A DNA stretch of 64,000 nt from an uncultured bacterium (GCA_963736365.1 CAVTOM010000007.1:326654-390653); one strand, 5' to 3'; counted from the stretch's first letter, positions 1 through 9,751 are shown. Program-made: numbers and translations. The notes: generated by a model from the letters alone, not told the origin.

Positions 1-524
1 TACGCGATCTCGACCCGCAGCCCCTGTACCGGATCGTGGGGCAGACGCACCCGAAGGTGGTGGAGCGCGAGGGCGAGGCATACCGCCGCATGCTCGTTGC
101 CGAATCGCGGCGACTCGGTGTGGACGGCCTGGTCGCCTTCGAGGACCGGTACCTCGCGACGAAGGACCTCCAGCGGATCGTCCAGGACGCCGACATCATC
201 CTGCTTCCCTACGACTCCCTCGACCAGGTCACCTCCGGTGTCCTCGTCGAGGCCATCACCGCCGGCAAGCCGGTCGTCTCGACGCGCTTCCCGCATGCCG
301 TCGAGCTGCTGGCCGGTGGCGTGGGTGCGCTCGTCGACCGTCAGGATCCCGCGCAGATCGCGCACGCCCTGCGCGACATCCTCACCGACCCCGCCGTGGC
401 CGAGCGCATGTCGGCGAAGGCGCGACACCTCGCGCCGGAGCTGCTGTGGTCAGCAGTCGGGGCTCGCTATCGCGACCTCGCGGGCAGCCTGGCTCAGGTC
501 GAGAGCGTCGCGGTGAGCGCATGA
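1..524 (+). CDS. Glycosyltransferase (GT-B, family 1/4-like), C-terminal part; the 5' end lies upstream of the window
   Basis: The frame is open from base 3. The listed ORF 36..524 begins at an internal GTG. It has a typical GT1 C-terminal region (DIILLPY...SGVLVEAITAGKPVVST). Its stop overlaps the next start (ATGA at 521-524). Confidence 0.85.
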   Translation, partial: RDLDPQPLYRIVGQTHPKVVEREGEAYRRMLVAESRRLGVDGLVAFEDRYLATKDLQRIVQDADIILLPYDSLDQVTSGVLVEAITAGKPVVSTRFPHAVELLAGGVGALVDRQDPAQIAHALRDILTDPAVAERMSAKARHLAPELLWSAVGARYRDLAGSLAQVESVAVSA

Positions 525-1531
525 GCGCCTCAGCGGTGCGCTTCGACCACCTCGCGCACATGAGCGACTCGGTCGGGCTGTTCGAGCATGCGCGCGGCAC
601 CATCCCGCGCATGGAGCACGGCTACTGCGTGGACGATGTCGCGCGCGGCCTCGTGGTCACCCTGCGTGAGCCGGTGCTGGACGCGCGATGCCGGGACCTG
701 TCCGCCACCTACCTCGCCTTCGTGTGCGCGGCTCAGGCGTCCGACGGACGGTTCCACAACCGGCGCAGCGCGGACGGCACCTGGACAGACCTGCCCAGCC
801 TGGAGGACTGCTGGGGTCGCGCGTTGTGGGGCCTCGGAACGGCGGTCGCCCGTGGCGCAGACCCTGCCGGGCAGGCCCTCGCGGCATTCGAGCGTGGCGG
901 CGTGCGGCGGTCGCCGTGGTCTCGATCCATGGCCTTCGCGGCACTGGGAGCGGCCGAGGTGATCGCGGTGGTACCGGACCACACGGTGGCCCGACAGCTG
1001 CTGTGGGTGGCCGCGGACCTGATCGGCCGACCCGGCCGTGGCGGCTCGTGGCCCTGGCCGGAAGCGCGACTGCGCTACGCGAACGCCGCACTTGCGGAGA
1101 CCCTGCTCGCCGCGGGAAGCCTGCTCGGTGACCACCTGGCGCTCGAGAACGGCCTGATGATGCTGCGCTGGCTGGTCGACGTGGAGACGCGCGACGGGCA
1201 CCTGTCGGTGACCCCGGTGGGCGGTTGGTACCTCGGTGAACCCCGCCCGGGCTTCGATCAGCAGCCCATCGAGGTGGCGGCGCTCGCCGACGCGTGCGCA
1301 AGGGCTTTCGCGATCACCGGAGACCGGTCGTGGAATGACGCGATCGAGCTGTGCGGCGCCTGGTTCGAGGGCCGCAACGATGTCGGCGTGGCCATGCTCG
1401 ATCACCGCGACGGCGCGGGCTTCGACGGACTCGAGCGCCATGGCCGCAACGAGAACCGCGGGGCCGAGTCCACACTGGCGATGCTCTCGACGATGCAGCA
1501 GGTCGCTCGCGTTCTCGTGCCCAGCGCGTGA
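521..1531 (+). CDS. Conserved hypothetical protein of the GT/GH130 module (possibly an alpha/alpha-barrel-like glycan-processing protein)
   Basis: The ATG at 521 lies inside ORF 446..1531 (MSASAVRFDHL...). It is 4-nt coupled to the upstream GT and its stop overlaps the GTG at 1528 of the next gene. Composition is coding-like. I recognised no catalytic motif. Confidence 0.7.
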   Translation: MSASAVRFDHLAHMSDSVGLFEHARGTIPRMEHGYCVDDVARGLVVTLREPVLDARCRDLSATYLAFVCAAQASDGRFHNRRSADGTWTDLPSLEDCWGRALWGLGTAVARGADPAGQALAAFERGGVRRSPWSRSMAFAALGAAEVIAVVPDHTVARQLLWVAADLIGRPGRGGSWPWPEARLRYANAALAETLLAAGSLLGDHLALENGLMMLRWLVDVETRDGHLSVTPVGGWYLGEPRPGFDQQPIEVAALADACARAFAITGDRSWNDAIELCGAWFEGRNDVGVAMLDHRDGAGFDGLERHGRNENRGAESTLAMLSTMQQVARVLVPSA

Positions 1532-3050
1532 ACCCGGGTCTGCTCGTCCGACACTCGCGCGTCCACCTCCTCCCCGACCCCCGTCGCGTCATCACGCGGC
1601 CCTTCCATCCTGGCGAGGAGACCCAGATCGTGGGCATCTCGCGAGCCGAGGCGGTGGTGCAGAGGGTGCTGGCGATGTCGGAGTCGGAGGTCTCGGACAC
1701 GGTCACGGGCCTCCTCGCGTCGTTCGCCGGTCGCCACAGCGACCTGCGCGCGACGTTCCGCGAGCATGTCGAGTTCGTCGCGCACCGCCTGCCCGGTGGC
1801 GTGCTCGACGAGGGGCTCAGCATCGACCGCATCGACCTGATCGGTGCGTGTCTCACGCACGAGTACGCGATCGAGGCGGCGGCCCTGTGCAACCCGTCGA
1901 TCGTCGCCCATCCGTCCCAGGACGGGTGCGCTCCGGGTGAACTGCGCGTCGTGATGACCTTGCGCGCCGTGGGGGAGGGCCACGTGTCCAGCCTCGAGTT
2001 CCGCACGGGGGTCCTGGCCCCGGACGGCGAGATCCGCATCGACGAACCGGGCCGGTGTCTCGACACCGGAACGACGACCGACCTCGCCATGTCGGTCGAG
2101 TTCCTGCGCGCCTCACTCGACCAGCACGGGTACGCCGTGGCGGCGGAGAGCGTCCTGCGGCTGCTCCCGAGCACGTTCACACCCGCCGACCTGGACGCCG
2201 TGCTGGCGTCGAACGCGCTCGACAGTCCAGGGCGTGAGCGATCCGACGGGCTCCTCGCGCGCATCCGGCGCACGGCGGCGTCCAGCTATCGCCGGCACTT
2301 CGCCGAGGATGCCGACCTGTCGGCAGTGCGTCATCGTGCCGCACAGTCAGGCGGAGAGCCATGGCATCGAGGATGTCCGTCTGGTGAGCTTCACCGACGA
2401 GGACGGCGTCGTCGACTACGTGGGCACGTACACGGCCTTCGACGGACAGCACGTGGCGCCGCACTCGATCCGCACGCGCGACTTCCGGACCTTCGATGTC
2501 GACCCCGATGATCGGGGCGGCCGCACAGAACAAGGGCATGGCACTGTTCCCCCGACGCATCGACGGGGACCTGTGGTGCCTGTCGCGGTGGGACCGCGAG
2601 AACATCAGCGTCGCGCGATCCCCGGACGGTCATCGCTGGGGGTCGCCCGACGTCGTGCTCACGCCCGGGCGCCCGTGGGACGTGATCCAGCTCGGCGCGT
2701 GCTCGTCGCCGATCGAGACGATCGCGGGCTGGCTCGTTCTCACCCACGGGGTGGGCCCGATGCGGGTCTACAGCATCGGCGCCATGCTCCTCGACCTCGA
2801 CGATCCGACCCGGGTCATCGGCGTGCTCGACGAACCCCTGCTCACCCCCGGCGCGGTGGACCGCGAGGGTTACGTCCCGAACGTGGTCTACACGTGCGGG
2901 GCCATCGTCCACGGGGACGTCGTGGTCATGCCTTATGGATGCGCCGACTCGTCTATCAGGTTCGCCGTCGTCGACCTCCCCGACCTGCTCGCGGCGCTGC
3001 TCGCACCGCCGGAGCGGGCGTCGTCGTTTGCCGAAGCTCAGTCGCTATGA
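1528..3050 (+). pseudogene. GH130-family glycosidase/phosphorylase with an N-terminal extension; needs two +1 frame changes
   Basis: The protein continues across three listed ORFs. Frame 1 (1351..2511) runs to ...FAEDADLS. Frame 2 (2234..3427) carries CVIVPHSQAESHGIEDVRLVSFTDEDG...FRTF. Frame 0 (2496..3050) carries PMIGAAAQNKGMALFPRRIDG...VMPYGCADSSIRFA. The shifts are near 2322 and 2498. Confidence 0.8.
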
Positions 3051-3427
3051 CCGGACGCAGCAGCCCGCTCGATGACGTCACGACCGTGGAGCGCCCGTGG
3101 GGGCGGTTCGAGCAGTTCGTGACGAACCGCCGAGCCACGGTGAAGGTGATCACCGTGGACCCGGGGCAGCGCCTGTCCCTGCAGCGTCATCACGATCGGG
3201 ATGAGCTGTGGCAGCTGATCGACGGTCGCCTGGACGTCGAGGTCGACGGGCGCCGTTCGACACTCATGATCGGCGAACGGCTCATGGTGCCCCGAGGCGC
3301 CACCCATCGGATGGGCAACCCAGGTGAGGTGCCGGCGCGCATGCTCGAAGTCGCCTTCGGTGAGTTCCGGGAGGACGACATCGAGCGGCTCGAGGACGAC
3401 TACCAGCGGGTGGTCGCCCCGCCCTGA
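3047..3427 (+). CDS. Cupin-domain protein (mannose-6-phosphate isomerase type II C-terminal-like)
   Basis: The ATG at 3047 overlaps the GH130 stop (ATGA). It encodes 126 aa with a cupin signature (ERPWGRFEQF...LSLQRHHDRDELWQLIDG...VPRGATHRMGNPG). Confidence 0.85.
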   Translation: MTGRSSPLDDVTTVERPWGRFEQFVTNRRATVKVITVDPGQRLSLQRHHDRDELWQLIDGRLDVEVDGRRSTLMIGERLMVPRGATHRMGNPGEVPARMLEVAFGEFREDDIERLEDDYQRVVAPP

Positions 3428-3428
3428 G

Positions 3429-3602
3429 CTACGCGGCAGCGCAGGGCATGCAGCGCCAGCACAGGCCGGGCGCCGTGGTGCGAAGGATCGGCTCGTGGCA
3501 CTCGCGACAGCTGTCGCGGTCGGCCAGGCCCATGGGCTCGCGATGCTCGTCATCGACGAACGGGCGAGCGGACTGGATAAGGGAAATCGTGGTGCGTGTC
3601 AT
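3429..3602 (-). CDS. TraR/DksA-family C4 zinc-finger protein (small)
   Basis: Internal ATG of ORF 3429..3698 (MTRTTISLIQ...). It carries CRECHEPI...(x)...CWRCMPC, a CxxC-x17-CxxC arrangement. A GGAGAGG sits upstream of the ATG. Confidence 0.7.
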   Translation of the reverse strand: MTRTTISLIQSARPFVDDEHREPMGLADRDSCRECHEPILRTTAPGLCWRCMPCAAA

Positions 3603-3914
3603 TGCGGTGGTACCTCTCCTGCGGCGCGCATCCGTGCTGGGGACGCTTCGCCAAGTGTCTGTGGTCGGGCCTCGCTCGGGAGCCTCCATCGGGGGCAATC
3701 ACCGTGCCGGGTCGTGACCAGATGCTCAGCCATGGTGGCGAGCAACTGCCATGACGGTAGCACGGATCGCGTCGTGGACCCGAATCGAGGAGGGATCAGG
3801 CCGCGCCTCGCCGATCATGCCGACCGCCGTGATGCGTTGATACGCGGCCGTCAGGGTGGGAGGCTGCTCGCGTACGGGGGAACATGAGCACGGCGATCGT
3901 CTGGGGGCCGAAGT

Positions 3915-6358
3915 ATGAGCGTGCCCGCGTCCGAGCCGACCCGCATCGACGACCTGGCGGCGGCGCTGGACGGCGACCGGCTCTTCCGGCTGACGATGCA
4001 GAACGCCGGGGTCGGCATGGTGCTGTCGAGCCCGCCGCCGGGGTCGCATCGTGCGCGCTGAACGCCGCGGTGTGCACGTTCCTGGGCCGCGACGAGGCCA
4101 CCCTGCTCATCGTGACGTGGCAGCGAGCTCACGCATCCGGACGATCTCGACGTCGACACGGACCTCGTGGCCGGGCTCCTCGCCGGGACCCGCGACTCGT
4201 TCCGCAGGCGCAAGCGCTACGTGCGACCGGACGGGACGACGGTGTGGGGTGACGTCACGGTTTCCAGCGTGCGTGACGCGCAGGGGCGCCATGGCGTTCA
4301 CCATGGCGCAGATCGTCGATGTCACCGTCGAGATGGACACCGTGCAGCGGCTGCGTGACAGCGAGGAGCAGTTCCGGATGCTCGCGGAGAACGCGTCGGA
4401 CATCGTGATCCGGGTGGGGACCGACGGCACCCTCCAGGTGGATCTCGCCGTCGGTCACCCAGGCGCTGGGCTGGACCCCCGCCGAGCTCGTCGGCACCCA
4501 GCCGTGGCACCTCGTGCATCCGGCGGACGTCGAGGTGGCCGCCGCGAGCATGACCGCGGCCGGGGTCGCCGCTGCCCACGACGGCGCGGTCGACCTCGAG
4601 CCCCTGACGTTGCGGATGCTCGCGGCGAACGGCTCGTACCACTGGCTCTCGACCCGCGCTCGTCGGGTCGGTCAGGACGTGATCGTCAGCTTCCGCCTGG
4701 TCGACGAGGAGGTGCGCGCCCGCACAGCCCTCGCCGAGTCCGAGGCGCGATACCGGATGCTTGCCGAGAACGTCATGGACATGGTCATCGCCACCGACGC
4801 GAGCGCCCGGGTGCAGTGGGCGTCGCCCGTCGGTGCACGCCGTGCTCGGGCTACCGACCTGACGAGCTCGTCGGGACGAACCTGCGCACGCTCATCCATC
4901 CCGACGAGCTCGCGCTGCTGGAGGGAGCCACCGGCGACATCCTCGAGCGGCCACGCCGACGCCTACGTGGTGCGCTACCTGACGGCGTCCGGTGACGCCC
5001 GGTGGATGGAGTCGACACCCCGAGTCGTGCGCGACGACGCCGGCACCGCCACGGGCCTGGTCGTGGCGGTGCGCGACGTCGACGACAAGATCCGGACGAG
5101 CCAGGCCCTCGCCCACGAGGTCGACTTCGACGGGCTCACCGGGCTCGCGCGGCGGTCCCTGGCCCTCCAGCGGATCCGCGACCTGCTCGAGACCCGGGAC
5201 CCCGGCCGGACGTGGGCACTGCTGTGCGTCGGAGTCGATGGCATGACCGCGGTGAACCAGGGCTACACCTACTCGGCGGGCGACCGGGTGCTGCGGGCCG
5301 TCGCCGACCGGCTCGTGCTCGCCGCGGGCGCGCATGACCGCGTGGCACGGGTGGCGGGGGACGAGTTCGTCATCGTCCTGCGCGACATCGCGTCGGCATC
5401 GGACGCCGCGGCCGCGGCCGACCGGATCCTCGATGCCGTCCGCGGCCCGATCGACGTCGGCGGAGCCGTGATCGACGTGTCCGCGTGCATCGGGATCGCG
5501 CTCACCGAGGGCGAGGACGCCGACGAACTCATGCGCGACGCCACCGCGGCCATGCGCCAGGCGGCATCCCGAGGCACCGACCGCTGGGAGTTCCTCGACG
5601 GCAACGTCGGGGTGCGCACCCGCGACGACCTCGCGACCCAGTCAGGGCTGCGACGGGCGATCGACGAGGACCGGATCGTGCCGTGGTTCATGCCGGTCGT
5701 GGACCTCGGCACCGGACAGACCGTGGGCTACGAGGCCCTCGTGCGCTGGATCGACGCCGATGGCACCGTCCACCTGCCTGACACCTTCCTGGGCATCGCG
5801 CAGCGCACCGGCGCCATCCTCGCGATCGACCGCACGATGCTGCGTCAGGTGCTGCAGGCGGCAGCAGCCTCGGCGGACGACATCGCCTTCGGCTTCAACG
5901 TCTCCGCCGCCTCGCTCGCCTCGGAGGGCTTCGCCGGCGACGTTGCCGACCTCCTCGACGCCAGTGGCGTGGATCCGCGACGCCTGCACTTCGAGGTCAC
6001 CGAGACTGCCCTCTTCCACGTGACGGCGAGCATCACGCAGACCATGCTGTCCATCGCCGACCGTGGCATCGGGTGGTGGGTCGACGACTTCGGCACCGGG
6101 TTCTCGTCCATCAGCCACCTGCGCGAGCTGCCGATCAGCGGGCTGAAGCTGGACAAGTCCTTCACCGATGGCGTCAGCGTGGAGGACACCCGTGCGAGCC
6201 GGCTGTCGATCGGCCTGGTCGGACTGGCCGCGGGGCTCGGCCTGAGCACGGTGGCCGAGGGCATCGAGCGGGCCGAGCAGGCGGAGGTGCTCGCCGAGCA
6301 GGGCTGGCAGATGGGGCAGGGCTACCTCTACGGGCAGGCAGCGCCGCTGCGTCGCTGA
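3915..6358 (+). pseudogene. Triple-PAS / GGDEF / EAL cyclic-di-GMP signalling protein; the PAS region needs about eight +1 frame changes
   Basis: The ATG is at 3915 (MSVPASEPTRIDDL...FRLTMQNAGVGMVLSS). PAS segments then continue in rotating frames: GRIVRA, NAAVCTFLGRDEATLL, ELTHPDDLDVDTDLVAG...VRDAQG, AFTMAQIVDVT...GTDGTLQ, WISPSVTQALGWTPAELVG..., SVHAVLG, YRPDELVGTNLRTLIHPDE..., SGHADAYVVRYL.... From about 4950 a single frame carries GGDEF (VARVAGDEFVIVL) and EAL (YEALVRW...DDFGTGFSS) to the stop at 6358. Confidence 0.85.
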
Positions 6359-6399
6359 GAAGCCGGCCTCGTAGCGGCGCCGTCGCATACGCTGTCGCG

Positions 6400-6810
6400 G
6401 TGAGCGAGGTTCTGGACGAGGGACCGTTCTTCCACGGCACGAAGGCCGACCTGCGGGTGGGCGAGCTCCTGACCGCCGGCTTCCGTTCGAACTACCGGCC
6501 CGAGGTCGTGATGAACCATGTCTACTTCACGGCGCTTCGCGACGGCGCCGGGCTCGCGGCCGAGCTCGCGCCCGGCGATGCCGCCCCGCGGGTCTACCTC
6601 GTGGAGCCGACCGGCGCCTTCGAGGATGACCCCAACGTGACCGACAAGAAGTTCCCGGGCAACCCCACGCGTTCGTACCGCAGTGCTGAGCCCCTGCGGA
6701 TCCTCGGCGAGGTGGACGACTGGACCCGGCTGACTCCCGAGGCGCTGCAGGAGTGGCGCGACCGGCTGGCGGTCCTGCGAGCCGACGAGCGGGGCCAGAT
6801 CATCAACTGA
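6400..6810 (+). CDS. arr: NAD(+)--rifampin ADP-ribosyltransferase
   Basis: The GTG at 6400 lies within ORF 6073..6810 and gives 136 aa. It carries hallmark Arr motifs: GPFFHGTKADL, HVYFTAL, YLVEPTGAFEDDPNVTDKKFPGNPTRSYRSAEPLRI. Confidence 0.92.
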   Translation: MSEVLDEGPFFHGTKADLRVGELLTAGFRSNYRPEVVMNHVYFTALRDGAGLAAELAPGDAAPRVYLVEPTGAFEDDPNVTDKKFPGNPTRSYRSAEPLRILGEVDDWTRLTPEALQEWRDRLAVLRADERGQIIN

Positions 6811-6818
6811 CGGTGGGT

Positions 6819-6840
6819 GTCGCGAAAAGTACGCGAAATG
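6819..6840 (+). promoter_or_regulatory. Two 11-nt-phased direct repeats (gtCGCGAAAag / taCGCGAAAtg) upstream of the EEP gene; candidate response-regulator site
   Basis: CGCGAAA occurs at 6821-6827 and at 6832-6838, exactly 11 nt apart. The repeats sit in a locally AT-richer patch about 105 nt upstream of the ATG at 6945. Confidence 0.3.
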
Positions 6841-6944
6841 CAGGTATTTCGGGTCATGGCCGGATATGTCCATCCCCGCTGCCTCGGACCCGCCCCTAGC
6901 ATGGCTCGGCGCGCCGTGGAGGCGCGCGGCGCGGGAGGTGTGCG

Positions 6945-8051
6945 ATGCGGTGGCGACTGTTCTCGGTCGCCGGGCTGGCGGCAGCCTCGGTGGCCGCGCT
7001 GCTCGCGCTCGGCAGCCCGTCCGCTCCGGCACCCCTGACCACGGACCAGCCGGTGGCCGTCACCGTGGCACCGCTGGCCGGGACGGCTGGGCCGGCCCTG
7101 GTGTTCGCCTCGTTCAACGTCTGCAAGGTCGACTGCGACCCGCCGGCCCCCTCGTGGGACGTGCGTCGCGAGCGGGTCGCCCGGGTCATCGGCGAGGCCG
7201 GGCTCGACGTCGTCGGGCTGCAGGAGCTCACCTTCAACCCGACGTCGACCGCGAAGACCCAATTGCTGGACGTCCAGAACCTGATGGCCCCGGCCGGCTT
7301 CGCGGCACCCGAGGTCACGAAGGACTCGGACCAGTGCCGGTGGACGGCGCCCGGGGCGAAGGCATGCACGCACACCACGGGCATCCTGTTCAACACCCGC
7401 ACGGTGCGTCAGGCCGCGACGCCCAATGCCACCCCGTCCGCGGGGACGCTGCCGATGTCAGGCATCGCGCCCGGGCTCACGGCCGACGCCGCGACCCGCA
7501 AGGTGACGTGGGCCTACCTCGAGGGAGTCGCCGGCACCGGGGCCTTCCTCGCGCTCTCGGTGCACACGGACTCGGCGAAGGACGCCGCCAGCGAGGCGTC
7601 GCGGGTCGCCTTCGGCGCGGCACTCGACCCGTGGATCGACGCCTGGAACGCGGCGCACGGGATGACCGGCGTGCCCGTCGTACTGATGGCCGACCTCAAC
7701 TCCTACCGCAAGCGCCAGCCGGCCGGGGTGCAGCAGGTGCTGGTCGATCGCGGCTGGGCCGATGCGGGGACCGCCCCGGATCGTCGCAACGTCCAGTACT
7801 CGACCATCAACCACAACCCCCTGCTGTCGGTCCAGGAGCAGGGCTTCCCGGCCAAGCCGTACGTGTTCCGAACGAGCCGGCGCAACCCCGTCCTGGACGC
7901 CACGCGGATCGACTACGTGATGACGCGCGGCGGCGGCCTCCAGGCCCTCGACTACGAGGTGGTCATCCATCTCAACCCGGACGGGACGTTCGACCGCGAG
8001 TACCAGGCGTCCGACCACCAGATGGTGCGGGCGACCATCTCCTTCCCCTGA
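6945..8051 (+). CDS. Secreted endonuclease/exonuclease/phosphatase (EEP) family protein
   Basis: Intact ORF of 368 aa. It has a signal peptide (MRWRLFSVAGLAAASVAALLALGSPSAPA), EEP motifs (FASFNV, VVGLQE) and a C-terminal SDHQMV. Confidence 0.85.
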   Translation: MRWRLFSVAGLAAASVAALLALGSPSAPAPLTTDQPVAVTVAPLAGTAGPALVFASFNVCKVDCDPPAPSWDVRRERVARVIGEAGLDVVGLQELTFNPTSTAKTQLLDVQNLMAPAGFAAPEVTKDSDQCRWTAPGAKACTHTTGILFNTRTVRQAATPNATPSAGTLPMSGIAPGLTADAATRKVTWAYLEGVAGTGAFLALSVHTDSAKDAASEASRVAFGAALDPWIDAWNAAHGMTGVPVVLMADLNSYRKRQPAGVQQVLVDRGWADAGTAPDRRNVQYSTINHNPLLSVQEQGFPAKPYVFRTSRRNPVLDATRIDYVMTRGGGLQALDYEVVIHLNPDGTFDREYQASDHQMVRATISFP

Positions 8052-8067
8052 CGGGGGCCGGACGCCG

Positions 8068-8217
8068 TCAGGCGGTCCGGATCACCACGAAGATGGACAG
8101 CGCCGCGAAGGTGAGGATCACCGTGCCGAGGATGACGGCGAAGGCGATGTAGCGCCGATGGCTGTGGTGGTGCTCCGGCTGCGCGTCGTCGGAACGGGGG
8201 GTCAGGGACGCGGTCAT
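8068..8217 (-). CDS. Small (49 aa) single-pass membrane protein, not in the ORF track
   Basis: Hand translation gives MTASLTPRSDDAQPEHHHSHRRYIAFAVILGTVILTFAALSIFVVIRTA*. It has one hydrophobic helix and GC-rich third codon positions. The RBS is weak. Confidence 0.4.
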   Translation of the reverse strand: MTASLTPRSDDAQPEHHHSHRRYIAFAVILGTVILTFAALSIFVVIRTA

Positions 8218-8303
8218 GGCTCGATCGTACCCCCAGGGGTATGGGATTGCCGGTCTCGAACGGGGCTAGGGTCGGCTCAGCACGCGAGCCCAGGGAGCCC
8301 ACG

Positions 8304-9285
8304 TTGAAGTACACGCATCTCGGCCGCACCGGGCTGTCCGTCAGCCGCATCTGCCTCGGCACCATGAACTTCGGCCCGGTCACCGACCGATCCGACTCCT
8401 TCGCGATCATGGACCACGCCCACGCGCAGGGCATCAACTTCTTCGACTCGGCCAACGTCTACGGATGGGGCGAGAACCGCGGCCTCACCGAGACGATCCT
8501 CGGGGAGTGGTTCGCGCAGGGCGGCGGCCGGCGCGAGCGCACGGTGCTGGCCACCAAGCTCTACGGCGACATGGGAACGTGGCCGAACGACGGCAAGCTG
8601 TCGGCCCTGAACATCCGGCGCGCGTGCGACGCCTCGCTGCGCCGGATGCAGACCGACCACATCGACCTCTACCAGATGCACCACATCGACCGCGCGACCC
8701 CGTGGGACGAGATCTGGGAGGCGATGGAGGTCCTGCGCCAGCAGGGCAAGGTCATCTACGTCGGGTCGTCGAACTTCGCGGGCTGGCACCTCGTGCAGGG
8801 CCAGGAGGCCGCCACCCGCCGCGGCCAGCTCGGCCTGGTGAGCGAGCAGTCGATCTACAACCTCGTCGAGCGCACGGTGGAACTGGAAGTGCTGCCTGCG
8901 GCGCAGGCCTACGGCATCGGCATCATCCCGTGGTCGCCGCTGCACGGCGGCCTGCTCGGGGGCATCCTGCGCAAGATGGCCGACGGCGACGTGCACCGCA
9001 GCAGCGGCGGCCGGGCGTCCGACTCCCTCGACTGCGCATCGTGACGCCATCGAGGCCTGGGAGTCGTTCTGCGACGAACGGGGCGAGGCCCCCGGCGACG
9101 TCGCGCTGGCCTGGCTGCTGCACCAGCCCGCCGTGACCGCGCCGATCGTCGGCCCGCGCACGATGGACCAGCTCGACAGCGCCCTGCGTGCACTCGACGT
9201 GACGCTCGACGAGGCCGCCCTCGCCCGCCTCGACGAGATCTTCCCCGGTCCCGGTGGCGAGGCCCCGGAGGCCTACGCCTGGTGA
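8304..9285 (+). pseudogene. Aldo/keto reductase; one +1 frame change near 9030
   Basis: The TTG at 8304 (LKYTHLGRTGLSVSRICLGTMNFG) is preceded by GGGAG. Frame 0 ends at 9044. The conserved C-terminus (AHRDAIEAWESFCDERGEAPGDVALAWLLHQPAVTAPIVGPRT...EAYAW*) is in frame 1 and ends at 9285. The junction reads ctcgac-t-gcgcat. Confidence 0.85.
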
Positions 9286-9322
9286 ACGAGCGCGCAGGCG
9301 CGCGTGGGTGGACACTGCACGA

Positions 9323-9751
9323 ATGGACCTCGACCGAGCACTCGAGTACGCCGCAGGCGAGCGCCGCGGCGTACTCATGACCATCAAGGCGGACGGCCGA
9401 CCCCAGGCGTCGAACGTCATGTTCGCCGTCGGCTCGGACGGCATCATCCGGGTGTCCGTGACAGCGACACGGGCGAAGACCGCGAACATGCGCCGCGACC
9501 CGCGAGTGTCGCTGCACGTGACGGCGCCGGACTTCTGGTCGTACACGGTCATCGAGGCGGACGCCGACCTCACGCAGCCGGCTGGGTCCCCGGATGACGC
9601 CACCGTGGACGAACTGGTCGAGCTCTACCGCGCCCTCCAGGGGGAGCACCCGGACTGGGCTGAGTACCGGCAGGCGATGGTGGCCGATGAGCGGATCGTG
9701 GCTCGCCTGATCCCGACGCGGGCCTACGGGGCCCTGCCGCCGGCCGGGTAG
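9323..9751 (+). CDS. PPOX-class (pyridoxamine 5'-phosphate oxidase family) probable F420-dependent enzyme
   Basis: Internal ATG (MDLDRALEYAAGERRGVLMTIKADGRPQASNV...) of ORF 9254..9751, with typical family length and sequence. Confidence 0.8.
   Translation: MDLDRALEYAAGERRGVLMTIKADGRPQASNVMFAVGSDGIIRVSVTATRAKTANMRRDPRVSLHVTAPDFWSYTVIEADADLTQPAGSPDDATVDELVELYRALQGEHPDWAEYRQAMVADERIVARLIPTRAYGALPPAG

Noticed and set aside
3603-3914. The 312-bp gap between the TraR-like gene and the PAS gene, with the minus-strand ORF 3726..4049, as a hidden gene.
   Set aside because: The ORF product is Arg/Pro-rich and overlaps the PAS gene start. I found no motif and no convincing RBS, so I treat the gap as a promoter/leader region.
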